From Marispirochaeta sp. (lineage in GTDB: Bacteria; Spirochaetota; Spirochaetia; JC444; Marispirochaetaceae), in assembly GCA_963676835.2 (NCBI GenBank), contig CAXXFF010000004.1:320001-384000 (forward strand): a stretch of 64,000 bases of DNA, written 5' to 3'. This document shows positions 19,949 to 28,941 of this stretch, piece after piece. Position 1 is the stretch's first letter; each line of letters opens with the position of its first letter. The notes under the pieces were generated by a model. It was not told the DNA's origin, searched no databases, and worked only from the letters and a program-made list of their open reading frames with translations. The position numbers were made by a program, and so were the translations under genes.

Positions 19949-20857
19949 ATGAGAACGTACATGATTTTTTTAATAACTCTTGCTATTCCTCTTAGTCTTT
20001 TTTCAATCGATTTTATAGGGAAAACATATGAGGATCACATTTGGATGGGATTCGATGGAGAAAGAAATACAAGTGGAAGTCAAAGAATATCATTTGGTGA
20101 TGATGAGGTCCTATACGAAATCGATGATAATAGTCATAAGGTAAAATCTGTCGTTTATGACGAATATAAATATAAGTATAAAGTTATAGATAATTGTGGT
20201 TTGACATTTATTGTTCTTGATAGCAATACGAAATGGCTGGCTATATATAATGAAGATATCCTAGCCCTCTATGATGATAATGATTACCCCTTTTTTGTTG
20301 GCTTTAATACAGAAAAAAATTATAGCATTTATGGAATTGGTATTTTCCCAAGGAATAGTGGGGATTATACTGCTTCTTCTTTTTTAGTTGAAGAAATAAA
20401 CGGTAAATTAATTAAGTATTCTCCTGATGATATTACAAATCTTTCCAATCCTACTCCTTGGGTAGAAGGAGTCGATGGAAATGGAATAGGAGAGAAATTA
20501 TACTATCGTCTAAAAGATGAAAGTTACATGAAATTAGTACAAGTATCAGGGGAGTTAGATTATTATTCAAAGTGGACATTTTTTATATCTAATGGGTATG
20601 TTTCATACAGTAGACCAGATTTATATAAAGGAAATAATAGAATTAAAGAAATAAGATTTACTCAACCTGAAACAAATGAAACGTATATCACTAACATTCT
20701 TGATACACCAAATATTCAAAAAATAAGTTTTCCTGATGATGCAAAAATGGATGGAAATATAATTATTATGGAGATCACGGATATATACGAAGGTTCAAAA
20801 TATCAAGATACATGCGTAAGTTTTATAATACAATATGAAGAGAAAGAAAGAATTTAG
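19949..20857 (+). CDS. Secreted protein with C-terminal NADase-type glycan-binding (discoidin-like) domain (cassette 6)
   Basis: Signal peptide; PWVEGVDGNGIGE, NGY...NNRIKE, YEGSKYQDTCVS pattern. Confidence 0.7.
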   Translation: MRTYMIFLITLAIPLSLFSIDFIGKTYEDHIWMGFDGERNTSGSQRISFGDDEVLYEIDDNSHKVKSVVYDEYKYKYKVIDNCGLTFIVLDSNTKWLAIYNEDILALYDDNDYPFFVGFNTEKNYSIYGIGIFPRNSGDYTASSFLVEEINGKLIKYSPDDITNLSNPTPWVEGVDGNGIGEKLYYRLKDESYMKLVQVSGELDYYSKWTFFISNGYVSYSRPDLYKGNNRIKEIRFTQPETNETYITNILDTPNIQKISFPDDAKMDGNIIIMEITDIYEGSKYQDTCVSFIIQYEEKERI

Positions 20858-21031
20858 AATCTATTTCAAAAATACTGAGAATTTGCTTTCTGAAGGGAGA
20901 ATAGTTCTGAACACTTAGATAAACATCTGATGGTGGTATACATTTGGGGGTCCTTTCTATTTTACTAAGTGATTAATAATACTTCAAAGAGACCCGAAGA
21001 AATTAGCGGAGATGTTTATGTAATTATGGCA

Positions 21032-21140
21032 GTAGAACAAGCTTTTGAAACTGTCAAATCTTTTTGTCATGTAAAATGCGATACGCATTTTTCACGCCAA
21101 ACCCTTCGGGACAGATTTGCAGCTTAAAAGGGCGTTATAT
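21032..21140 (+). repeat. attC site 6 (109 bp, divergent)
   Basis: R'' GTAGAAC complements the cassette-6 start GTTCTAC; arms CTTTTGAAAC/GCTTAAAAG; AAAATGCG/CGCATTTT hairpin; R' GTTATAT. Confidence 0.85.
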
Positions 21141-21381
21141 AGTCCCAAATTTATAATACAAAAATAGTCATAAAATGTTGCATGCTGGTTATTTATTGAG
21201 CAGTTCATAAAATATTCGCAATCCAGAGAATGGAGTTGTGGAAGCAAAATTGGTGCTGCAAAACGCCTTTAAAGAAGTGAAAAAACTCCGAATGTTGCTT
21301 GTAAGTTAGAATACCGCTAAAAGCACCTATAATAAAGATATTCGATGTTCATCAGTCGTGGCTAAGCTCGAATGAAAAAAG

Positions 21382-21410
21382 TTGACGTTGTATATACATC
21401 TGTGTATTAT
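21382..21410 (+). promoter_or_regulatory. TA promoter with palindromic operator
   Basis: TTGACG-17 nt-TATTAT; TGTATATACA palindrome at 21389-21398; ATG begins 6 nt after the -10. Confidence 0.75.
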
Positions 21411-21415
21411 TACCT

Positions 21416-21682
21416 ATGAATTCAATCATCTGGGACAAAGAAAAGAATGAAAAACTCATTCTTGAGAGAAATGTTTCTTTTAATGACATAAGTCAGATGA
21501 TAATGGATGGAAACTATCTGGATATTATTGAGAATCCAGTACGTGAAGGACAGCTGTATTTTGTGATGAAAATCGATGATTATACGTGGATTGTCCCGTT
21601 CATCGTAAATAAAGACGAAAACATTGTTCTAAAAACTGCCTTTCCAAGTCGCAAATACCATAATAAATACACGGGGGACTGA
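21416..21682 (+). CDS. BrnT/RelE-fold type II toxin (cassette 7)
   Basis: WDKEKNEKLILERNVSF...LKTAFPSRK; 88 aa, toxin-first order. Confidence 0.85.
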   Translation: MNSIIWDKEKNEKLILERNVSFNDISQMIMDGNYLDIIENPVREGQLYFVMKIDDYTWIVPFIVNKDENIVLKTAFPSRKYHNKYTGD

Positions 21683-21683
21683 T

Positions 21684-21995
21684 ATGAATCCAAAATATAA
21701 ACTTACAGACGAAGAAAAACAGATTGAGAATAAAATTGAATCCTATCAATCTGTTACAGGCGAAAAGAGAAAAAGGATTGAGAAAATAATATCTTCCGCA
21801 AAAAAGAAAAATGCCATAAGCCTGCGTATTGCTAATTATGATCTCGAAAAACTAAAAGAGAAGGCTGAAGAGGAAGGTTTACCCTATCAGACTTTAATTA
21901 CCACAGTACTACATAAGTACATTACGAATCAGTTATATGAAAAAGATGAAATTTTAAAATCAATACGATTGTTGAAAGAGGAACAAGCTATTTAA
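21684..21995 (+). CDS. CopG/BrnA-type RHH antitoxin
   Basis: ISLRI...LKEKAEEEGLPYQTLI; stop codon overlaps R'' of attC7. Confidence 0.85.
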   Translation: MNPKYKLTDEEKQIENKIESYQSVTGEKRKRIEKIISSAKKKNAISLRIANYDLEKLKEKAEEEGLPYQTLITTVLHKYITNQLYEKDEILKSIRLLKEEQAI

Positions 21996-22090
21996 CCAGC
22001 AATTGGAGCAGTCAAACCTACTGTCACGATTCTTGCATGCGCAAGAATACGCGCCAGCTCAACGGTTTGTAGCTCAATTGGATGTTATGA
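21990..22090 (+). repeat. attC site 7 (101 bp, short form of the family)
   Basis: ATTTAAC CAGCAATTGGAGC...ATTCTTGC-ATGC-GCAAGAAT...GCTCAATTGGAT GTTATGA. Confidence 0.92.
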
Positions 22091-22194
22091 TGTAAAGAGT
22101 ACATTCCACCCACATCGTTTATAAAACTCTTGGCACATCCTTTATGTACACCATAAACCCGAGCCCATAGATTATCCGCCGACCCTTGCTGCAC

Positions 22195-22677
22195 TTACTG
22201 CCTGAGTTTGTCCAGCCTGCCGCTCAGGGCCTGCGCAATTTCCCCGGCCGCTGTGAGCTGATCATTGCTGAGGGCATCGATGAATATTTCCTGGACGTCG
22301 GAAAGATGCGGCCGAACAGCCTGTTTGAAGGTCTTTGACCCGATTGCCGTAATCTGCACCTCGGCACCCCGCCCGTCCACAGGACATTCCTGCCGATTAA
22401 CGAGTCCTCTCTTTTCCATTCGGCGCAGGTGATGAGACAGCCTGCTGCGGTCCCAGTTTATGAGAGACGCCAGTTCTGAAGATCTGATCCTGTTTCCCTC
22501 CGCCTCGCTGAGAGCAAGAAGCACACTGTAATCCGGGGCTGAAAGCCCCGACTGAGTTTGCAGCCGGTTGAAGAGTTCAGTCCTGAGGGCTTCGGTTGTT
22601 TCCAGGAAACAGCGCCAGATTGCCAGATCCTCTTCAGAGGGCAGTGAAAGGCGTTTATTCCTTATTTTTTCACTCAT
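22195..22677 (-). CDS. MarR family regulator
   Basis: wHTH RSRLSHHLRRMEKRGLV...DGRG; AGGTGGAG RBS before ATG 22677. Confidence 0.9.
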   Translation of the reverse strand: MSEKIRNKRLSLPSEEDLAIWRCFLETTEALRTELFNRLQTQSGLSAPDYSVLLALSEAEGNRIRSSELASLINWDRSRLSHHLRRMEKRGLVNRQECPVDGRGAEVQITAIGSKTFKQAVRPHLSDVQEIFIDALSNDQLTAAGEIAQALSGRLDKLRQ

Positions 22678-22692
22678 TTTCTCCACCTATTG

Positions 22693-22732
22693 TTGACGCG
22701 TCAATTATATTTTCATATTTTTGAGATGTCAA
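22693..22732. promoter_or_regulatory. Two MarR operator palindromes (TTGA-N4-TCAA)
   Basis: TTGACGCGTCAA 22693-22704 and TTGAGATGTCAA 22721-22732 in the divergent intergenic region. Confidence 0.7.
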
Positions 22733-22746
22733 TCAGGAGTTTGGAT

Positions 22747-23796
22747 TTGAGAAAGAAGATAGACGCAGACAACATTGAATTTGGAATTGATACCTTTGGA
22801 GACCTCCCGGAGAATAACAACGGAAAGCTGGTCTCACATGCCGGGGCAATCCGCCAGGTAGTTGACGAAGCGGTGCTTGCGGACGAAGTGGGTATTGACG
22901 TTGTTGCCATCGGCGAACATCACCGCCCGGATTATTCAATATCCTCTCCGGAAACAGTTCTTGCGGGAATCGCAACTAAAACTTCCAGGATACGTTTGGC
23001 ATCAGGGGTTACAGTACTCAGCTCGGACGATCCGGTCCGGGTATTCCAGCGCTTTGCCACGGTGGATGCATTGTCCAACGGCCGGGCAGAGGTGATTCTG
23101 GGACGGGGTTCATTTACCGAATCATTTCCCTTATTCGGATACGACCTGTCAGATTATGAAATTCTTTTCGAGGAAAAAATAGAGCTATTCGCAGAACTGC
23201 TGAAAGAAAAACCTGTAACCTGGAAAGGCACAACCAGAGCCGCACTGGAGAAGGCAGATGTATTCCCCAAGACAGAATCAGGCCGCTTGAACACCTGGGT
23301 CGGCGTCGGTGGTTCGCCTCAGTCAGTTATACGAACTGCAAAATACGGTTTTCCTTTGATGCTTGCCATCATCGGCGGGCCCGCAGATCGGTTTGCGCCA
23401 TACGTAGACCTGTATTACCGGGCAGTCGAAGAGTTCGGCAAACCCGCACAGATGGTGGGAATGCACTCTCCGGGATTTGTTGCTGACACGGATGAAGAGG
23501 CAAAGGAAATTGTCTACCCGAGGTACAAGGAAAACCGGGACAGAATAGGGTCAACCAGGGGATGGCCGCCTGTTACCCGGGCGAGCTTCGAATCTGAAGT
23601 TGCACAGGGTTCGCTCTATGTGGGTGCTCCTGAAACAGTTGCAAAGAAAATGGCTGCTTCTATTAAAACCCTGGGTGTGGATCGATTTGATCTCATCTAC
23701 ACTACCGGTTCCCAGCCCGGACCTGCCCGGATGCATAATATCGAACTCTATGGTACCAGGGTGATTCCCATGGTTCGGGATTTACTTGCGGAGTAA
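22747..23796 (+). CDS. LLM-class flavin-dependent oxidoreductase
   Basis: GEHHRPD, VLSSDDPVRV, GRGSFTES; AGGAG RBS before TTG 22747. Confidence 0.9.
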   Translation: MRKKIDADNIEFGIDTFGDLPENNNGKLVSHAGAIRQVVDEAVLADEVGIDVVAIGEHHRPDYSISSPETVLAGIATKTSRIRLASGVTVLSSDDPVRVFQRFATVDALSNGRAEVILGRGSFTESFPLFGYDLSDYEILFEEKIELFAELLKEKPVTWKGTTRAALEKADVFPKTESGRLNTWVGVGGSPQSVIRTAKYGFPLMLAIIGGPADRFAPYVDLYYRAVEEFGKPAQMVGMHSPGFVADTDEEAKEIVYPRYKENRDRIGSTRGWPPVTRASFESEVAQGSLYVGAPETVAKKMAASIKTLGVDRFDLIYTTGSQPGPARMHNIELYGTRVIPMVRDLLAE

Positions 23797-23803
23797 AAAA
23801 GAT

Positions 23804-24442
23804 ATGAATCAGTCAGGAATTGAAACTATCGGTATACTCGGAGCGGGAAAGGTGGGTACCGTACTGGCCAGGCTGGCAGTAGCCGCCGGGTACCGCACCC
23901 TCATCTCCGGTTCCGGAGATCCCGCAGGTATCGCACTGATAACAGAAGTGCTGGCTCCCGGCGCACAACCTGGACATCCGGATGACGTAGCACGGGAGTC
24001 CGATGCGGTTATCCTTGCCCTCCCCCTTGGCAAATATCAGCAAATCAACAAAGAGGCATTAGCCGGAAAGCTGGTTATTGATGCCATGAATTACTGGTGG
24101 GAAACCGACGGTCCCCGGCCAGACCTGACGGAAACCGGCAAGACATCCACAGAGATAATTCAGGATTACCTCTCAGAATCCTATGTGGTGAAGGCGTTTA
24201 ACCATATGGGCTATCATGACCTGGAATCTGAAGCGAGACAGTCCGGAGAAGTAGAGCGCAAGGCGATAGCTGTTTCCGGCAACCAAAAGGAATATACGGA
24301 GGCTGCGGCTGAAATTGTGGACAGGCTTGGTTTTGATCCGCTGTTTATCGGAAATCTCGATATGAGCAGGAGCCTTGAACCCGGCGGCCCCGCCTTCGGT
24401 GCAAACTTGCAGGCGAAAGAGCTTGAAAGCGTACTAGGATAA
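23804..24442 (+). CDS. NADPH-dependent F420 reductase-family oxidoreductase
   Basis: GILGAGKVG, DAMNY, VVKAFNHMG. Confidence 0.88.
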   Translation: MNQSGIETIGILGAGKVGTVLARLAVAAGYRTLISGSGDPAGIALITEVLAPGAQPGHPDDVARESDAVILALPLGKYQQINKEALAGKLVIDAMNYWWETDGPRPDLTETGKTSTEIIQDYLSESYVVKAFNHMGYHDLESEARQSGEVERKAIAVSGNQKEYTEAAAEIVDRLGFDPLFIGNLDMSRSLEPGGPAFGANLQAKELESVLG

Positions 24443-24677
24443 ACCGGATACTCTTTGGAGGCATATGTTGAGTTGACTCAGCAGGAAAATCCAGCATCTC
24501 AAACACATTCATATTTTCTTTGAAGTAGTCCGAGTAGTGCGTATAAAAGAAAACTCTTCTTTTGGACAGTTCATAATGGACTTTCTTCAATGAGAAGGCC
24601 AGGCGTGTAGCATATTGCATCAATTTCGCCTGACTATGCCTATCGAGAATACGCACACTTTTATCAATGCTGAAACC
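24440..24677 (-). pseudogene. IS91-family (Y2) transposase remnant
   Basis: Minus-strand translation GFSIDKSVRI...QYATRLAFSLKK...LDFPAESTQHMPPK resembles the Y2 transposase GFSVD-xSVRI / YxxRPP / LEFLARLxQHIP segment; no start codon, truncated. Confidence 0.65.
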
Positions 24678-24718
24678 TTTGATGAAGATGACAACTACAG
24701 CTCAGCAAATTCCATTCA

Positions 24719-25342
24719 TTATGAAGTAAAACGCTTTAAAGCGCAGTCAAACAGGTATTGACTGATACTGTGATCAACTCCGTCTTCTGTATCCAAACTC
24801 ACTATAGCACCCAGGCCTTTCAGCTTTTCATAGGCATCAATGGCATGTTGAACCGGTATAACGGAATCCGCTTTTCCATGAAATAAATGAATAGCCGTTT
24901 GCTTGGGGGCTTCATTGGGCAGCTGGGCATAGCGACCGGAGAACCCCAGTACTTTTGCGGCGATCCCATCATGTGCTTTAACCGCTTCAAGGGACATAAT
25001 GGTTCCTTGAGAAAAGCCAAGCAGCACGGTTTGCTTCTCCGAAAAACCAAATTGTTTTTGCAGCGTTTTAATCATATCTATAAATTGGGGTAAGGCAGAA
25101 GCGATGCGTTCGGATCGATTTTCCTCAGTCACATTTGTTATAGAAAACCATTGTTTACCGCCGAAACCGCCATCAAAGTCATCGTATCCATCTACAACCA
25201 CGCAATGAGCCGCAGGATAAGCTTGATTCAGTGCTTTTCCGATTGGCGCCATATTCTCTTTATAGCTGCCTACACCATGAGCAATAATAACCAGGTATTC
25301 CGCTTTGTCTTGCGGCAGATACTCGATGTAATTTACCGACAT
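24719..25342 (-). CDS. Phospholipase/carboxylesterase (YpfH-like)
   Basis: HGVG, GFSQG, HGKAD, DH catalytic triad. Confidence 0.88.
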   Translation of the reverse strand: MSVNYIEYLPQDKAEYLVIIAHGVGSYKENMAPIGKALNQAYPAAHCVVVDGYDDFDGGFGGKQWFSITNVTEENRSERIASALPQFIDMIKTLQKQFGFSEKQTVLLGFSQGTIMSLEAVKAHDGIAAKVLGFSGRYAQLPNEAPKQTAIHLFHGKADSVIPVQHAIDAYEKLKGLGAIVSLDTEDGVDHSISQYLFDCALKRFTS

Positions 25343-25765
25343 TTATTCCCCCTCGGAAATGCGCTGTATGCAATATTTAATGCAAATAAGATACTTCCAA
25401 ATGCTAATGGAAGATAGGAAAAGTCATATTATCTGTGAAAGAAATTAAAGACGAAAATGGCTGTTTACGAAAAAGTGGTATAGAATATGATCTTCACCCA
25501 CAATCCGGATTAGAACATTGAGATTTTTCTGTCTATGAAACCCGGAATTTATTACTGATGCAGGTGTTTTTCCTTGATCTATTGGAAATCCGGTTTTTAA
25601 TCTAAATCAAGGCAGTTATGCAAATGGAATTAATTTCCACGTTGAAACAAGATTATTATTAGCAGGGATGATATCTCAAACAGTTCAAACTGCTGATAGA
25701 GTATATCCTGGATTGGGAAGTTAATAAAACAAAACAAATTTTGAAGTTGTTACAGAAGTTTGATA

Positions 25766-25863
25766 AAATAACAAACGCCCGAAACAGTCAGTTCTATCAT
25801 CATGCCTTTTGCTAAGCAAAAATCACACCCATACACAGGCTGCAGCTGAAGCGGGCATTACTT
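25766..25863 (+). repeat. Degenerate attC
   Basis: AAATAAC...CAGTCA...TTTTGCT-A-AGCAAAA hairpin...TGCAGCTGAAGCGGGC ATTA; R' GTT appears mutated to ATT. Confidence 0.6.
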
Positions 25864-25885
25864 AACAACAGGTACAAGGATAGAT

Positions 25886-26521
25886 ATGGAATATAAAATA
25901 CGCTTAGAAAAACCGGACGACTATTCGAAGGTCGAAGAAATGACTCGTGAAGCTTTCTGGAATTTATACACTCCAGGTTGTGATGAACATTACTTATGTC
26001 ATATTATGCGGAGCCATAATGATTTTATTAAAGAATTAGATTATGTTGCTGAGATTGATGGAAACATTATTGGATCCATAATGTATTCTAATTCTGTTCT
26101 AATTGGTGAGAATAAAGAAGAAATTGGGATAGTCTCATTTGGCCCATTATGTGTTCACCCTGATTATCAACGGCAAGGTGTAGGGACTGCACTAATAAAT
26201 AAAACAAAAGAGATAGTCATACAAAAAAATATCCCAGCTATTGTTATATATGGTGATCCTCATAATTATTGTAAACATGGGTTTAAAAACGGAATTGATT
26301 ATTCAGTCAGCGACATGACTGGAAAGCAACCATTGGGCTTGCTGGTTTTAGAACTTGAATCAGATTTTTTTGGAAGCCAAAAATGGAAAATAAAGCAAAG
26401 TGATGTTTTTTCCTTCGACCACGCCAAGGTCATAGAGTTTGATAAAAGGTTCAAGAAGAAAGAAAAACAGACACAATATAGTCAAGAAATATTCAGCATG
26501 CAGATAAGGGCTTTTTTATAA
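25886..26521 (+). CDS. GNAT N-acetyltransferase (YhbS-like)
   Basis: VHPDYQRQGVGTAL, GDPHNYCKHGF. Confidence 0.88.
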   Translation: MEYKIRLEKPDDYSKVEEMTREAFWNLYTPGCDEHYLCHIMRSHNDFIKELDYVAEIDGNIIGSIMYSNSVLIGENKEEIGIVSFGPLCVHPDYQRQGVGTALINKTKEIVIQKNIPAIVIYGDPHNYCKHGFKNGIDYSVSDMTGKQPLGLLVLELESDFFGSQKWKIKQSDVFSFDHAKVIEFDKRFKKKEKQTQYSQEIFSMQIRAFL

Positions 26522-26630
26522 ACAAATATCTGCCCATAACAGTTTGAGCAGATATTACTTAGCAAAGAAACGAACTATTAGCGGTTTTCCAGAATTGACC
26601 GCTGCATAATTCAAATGTTAAGATTAAGAC

Positions 26631-27041
26631 ATGAAAGTTACCACCCCGATAAGTGATTTTTTAAAAGTTTCCAGAAACAACAACGGAAATCTGGCATTGC
26701 CTGCCATAGACGAAACACGAAACCATATAGGCACTGCTCATGCGGGAGCGCAATTTGTCTTAGCCGAAATGGCAAGCGGAGCCTGTTTAAAGGAATCCTT
26801 TCCGGAGTATGCAGATAGGGTTATAGCGGTAGTCCGACGTGCTGAAGTTAAATATTCAAAACCCGGTGAGACTGAATTGGAAGCCACTGCCTCTATTACA
26901 GGTGATCCTTCAGATATCTTAAAGCACCTCACCTCTTCCGGCCGAGGATTAGCAGTAGTGGATGTACAATTATTTGACAATAAAGGTCAGATAACATTTA
27001 GAGGAAAGTTCACCTGGTTTTTGGAGTTAAGAAAAAGCTGA
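26631..27041 (+). CDS. PaaI/YiiD-like hotdog thioesterase
   Basis: NHIGTAHAGAQFVLAE. Confidence 0.8.
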   Translation: MKVTTPISDFLKVSRNNNGNLALPAIDETRNHIGTAHAGAQFVLAEMASGACLKESFPEYADRVIAVVRRAEVKYSKPGETELEATASITGDPSDILKHLTSSGRGLAVVDVQLFDNKGQITFRGKFTWFLELRKS

Positions 27042-27055
27042 TATGAAAGATAGCC

Positions 27056-27505
27056 ATGGCCATTGATTTCCAATCAGTGCTTCACTGGGCAAAGTTAAAC
27101 GCTCCTTTATCTTTCTCACATATTCATGGAGAACTTCACTGGATAAAAGTGCGCGAAAACGGGATTAAGCTGGCAGAAGATACACCTGGTGCAGATGCAG
27201 TACTTATTGAGCTGTTTGGTTTTCTGCATGATTCTCAGCGGGAAAATGAGAATAAAGACCCCGATCATGGGAAACGTGCTGCAAGACATATTATAAAAAT
27301 TAGAAACAATCTTTTGAAAGATCTTACAGACGAACAGTTTGAAAAACTGCAGTATGCTATAAGCAATCACAACAGCCCAATGATAGAAAAGGATCCAACT
27401 GTTGGGTGCTGTTGGGATGCAGATAGATTAGACATTTCCCGTGTTGGAATCCCGGTGCAAAAAAGCTTTTTATCAACTGAAGCAGGTAAGAGGCGGGTTC
27501 GCTGA
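27056..27505 (+). CDS. HD-domain protein
   Basis: IHGELHW, LHDS, DPDHG, WDADRLD. Confidence 0.85.
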   Translation: MAIDFQSVLHWAKLNAPLSFSHIHGELHWIKVRENGIKLAEDTPGADAVLIELFGFLHDSQRENENKDPDHGKRAARHIIKIRNNLLKDLTDEQFEKLQYAISNHNSPMIEKDPTVGCCWDADRLDISRVGIPVQKSFLSTEAGKRRVR

Positions 27506-27569
27506 TACATACTGTGCAATGCTGGAAAAATAAGTAATCGATTGTATCTGTTATCCTGGATAGTCAGCA

Positions 27570-28004
27570 ATGAAGGTAAAAATGGAAGAATATTGGAATC
27601 CGATGGTTCCTGAATTATCCGTAACAGATTTTGCTAAATCTCTCGAGTTTTATCGCAAGACACTCGGGTTCAAACTCAGGGATCGAAGATCAAATCCTGA
27701 ATTCTCATATTTAGAAATTGAAAAAGTCCAGATAATGATTGAACAAATTCACAAGACAGCCTGGATCACTGATCCACTTGAATATCCACTCGGGAGAGGG
27801 GTGAACTTCCAGATTGAACTGTCAGAAATAGCCCCTGTGTTTAACCGTCTAAAAGAAGCTGGCATTAAGCTGTACCGTAATCTTGAAGAAAACTGGTATA
27901 ATGCAGGCAATAACCTAACTGGACAATTAGAATTTATTGTACAAGATCCGGATGGTTATTTGCTGAGGTTTACCCAGTATTTAGGTGAAAAAACAGTTTC
28001 GTAA
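27570..28004 (+). CDS. VOC/glyoxalase/bleomycin-resistance family protein
   Basis: PELSVTDF..SLEFY; QDPDGYLLRF. Confidence 0.88.
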   Translation: MKVKMEEYWNPMVPELSVTDFAKSLEFYRKTLGFKLRDRRSNPEFSYLEIEKVQIMIEQIHKTAWITDPLEYPLGRGVNFQIELSEIAPVFNRLKEAGIKLYRNLEENWYNAGNNLTGQLEFIVQDPDGYLLRFTQYLGEKTVS

Positions 28005-28100
28005 ACACCATGCGATCATATATAGGCCATAATCCCTTACATACCAACATAGAACCGGGACAGATAAGCATGCAACGGCATCCATTGTTGAGGGGACTTT

Positions 28101-28910
28101 ATGGAATATAAAATTATTTCAGCATGGAACGGCACGGAAGGAGACTTCCTGCAATTAAAGAAAGGCGACATAGTTCAATTAGGCAATAAATCCGAAACAA
28201 CCAAATGGAAGAACTGGCAGGAATGCAGCCTCGATAATATAACAGCATGGGTTCCCATTCAAATAATAAATGCCATATCTGAAGTTAAAGGTGAGATTAG
28301 AGAAGATTATTCTGCATTTGAGTTACAAACCGATGTTGGAGATACCTTCAAATGTATCAAAGAAATGAACGGCTGGTTATTTGGATATATTATTTCCCGG
28401 GAATCAACTAAAGGCTGGATACCTGAAGAGACAGCTCAATTGACAGAGACTGCGGTTACGCCAGTCAACAATACTGATATTAAAGATTTGGTCCATTTTA
28501 TAGAAAAGTATAAAATCGAGAACAACAGAAAAATCACACAGGAATTATTGGAAAAATCAGAATCTGCAATCAGGGAAGTAATTACAGCTGAACATTCTTA
28601 CGCCTATAAATATTTAAATAGCGAGGGGAGATTCTCGGGGTATATGATATTTCATATCTTAAATTTCCCCATGATTAATGGAAGAGAAGCCTATATATCT
28701 GAACTGTTCATTGATAAAGAGCACCGGGGAAAAGGTATTGGTAAAGATTTTCTGAAAACTGCTGAATGTATTGCACGCAGGAAACAATGTACCAGGATAA
28801 TGCTGAATAATCCAAAAGAAAACGAAAGTTATAACCGCGGGTTTTATGCAAAGAATGGATATACAGAAAGGACCAATTTTGCTAATTTTGTAAAGGATTT
28901 GAGCAAGTGA
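28101..28910 (+). CDS. Tandem SH3-like domains fused to a GNAT acetyltransferase
   Basis: LQLKKGDIV..W..AWVP and DY..ELQ..GD..NGW..GWIP; C-terminal HRGKGIG...FYAKNGY. Confidence 0.75.
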   Translation: MEYKIISAWNGTEGDFLQLKKGDIVQLGNKSETTKWKNWQECSLDNITAWVPIQIINAISEVKGEIREDYSAFELQTDVGDTFKCIKEMNGWLFGYIISRESTKGWIPEETAQLTETAVTPVNNTDIKDLVHFIEKYKIENNRKITQELLEKSESAIREVITAEHSYAYKYLNSEGRFSGYMIFHILNFPMINGREAYISELFIDKEHRGKGIGKDFLKTAECIARRKQCTRIMLNNPKENESYNRGFYAKNGYTERTNFANFVKDLSK

Positions 28911-28941
28911 GTACTGTGTATATACAGAGGAGAATGAAATA

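Larger units (their letters stand above)
15528..22090 (+). mobile_element. Integron gene-cassette array (7 intact cassettes, no intI in window)
   Basis: Seven related palindromic attC sites separating co-oriented AT-rich cassettes; each cassette's start core complements its own R''. Confidence 0.92.

Noticed and set aside
16377..22090. Repeats read as a CRISPR array
   Set aside because: Repeats are 100-180 bp imperfect palindromes separated by whole genes, and there are no cas genes; they fit attC architecture
25417..25765. Possible pseudogene before the degenerate attC
   Set aside because: Multiple stops and no recognisable family by eye; needs BLASTx
26532..26585. Possible attC remnant CCATAACAGTTTGAGCAGA after the GNAT gene
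   Set aside because: Too short and degenerate, and not complementary to the upstream core
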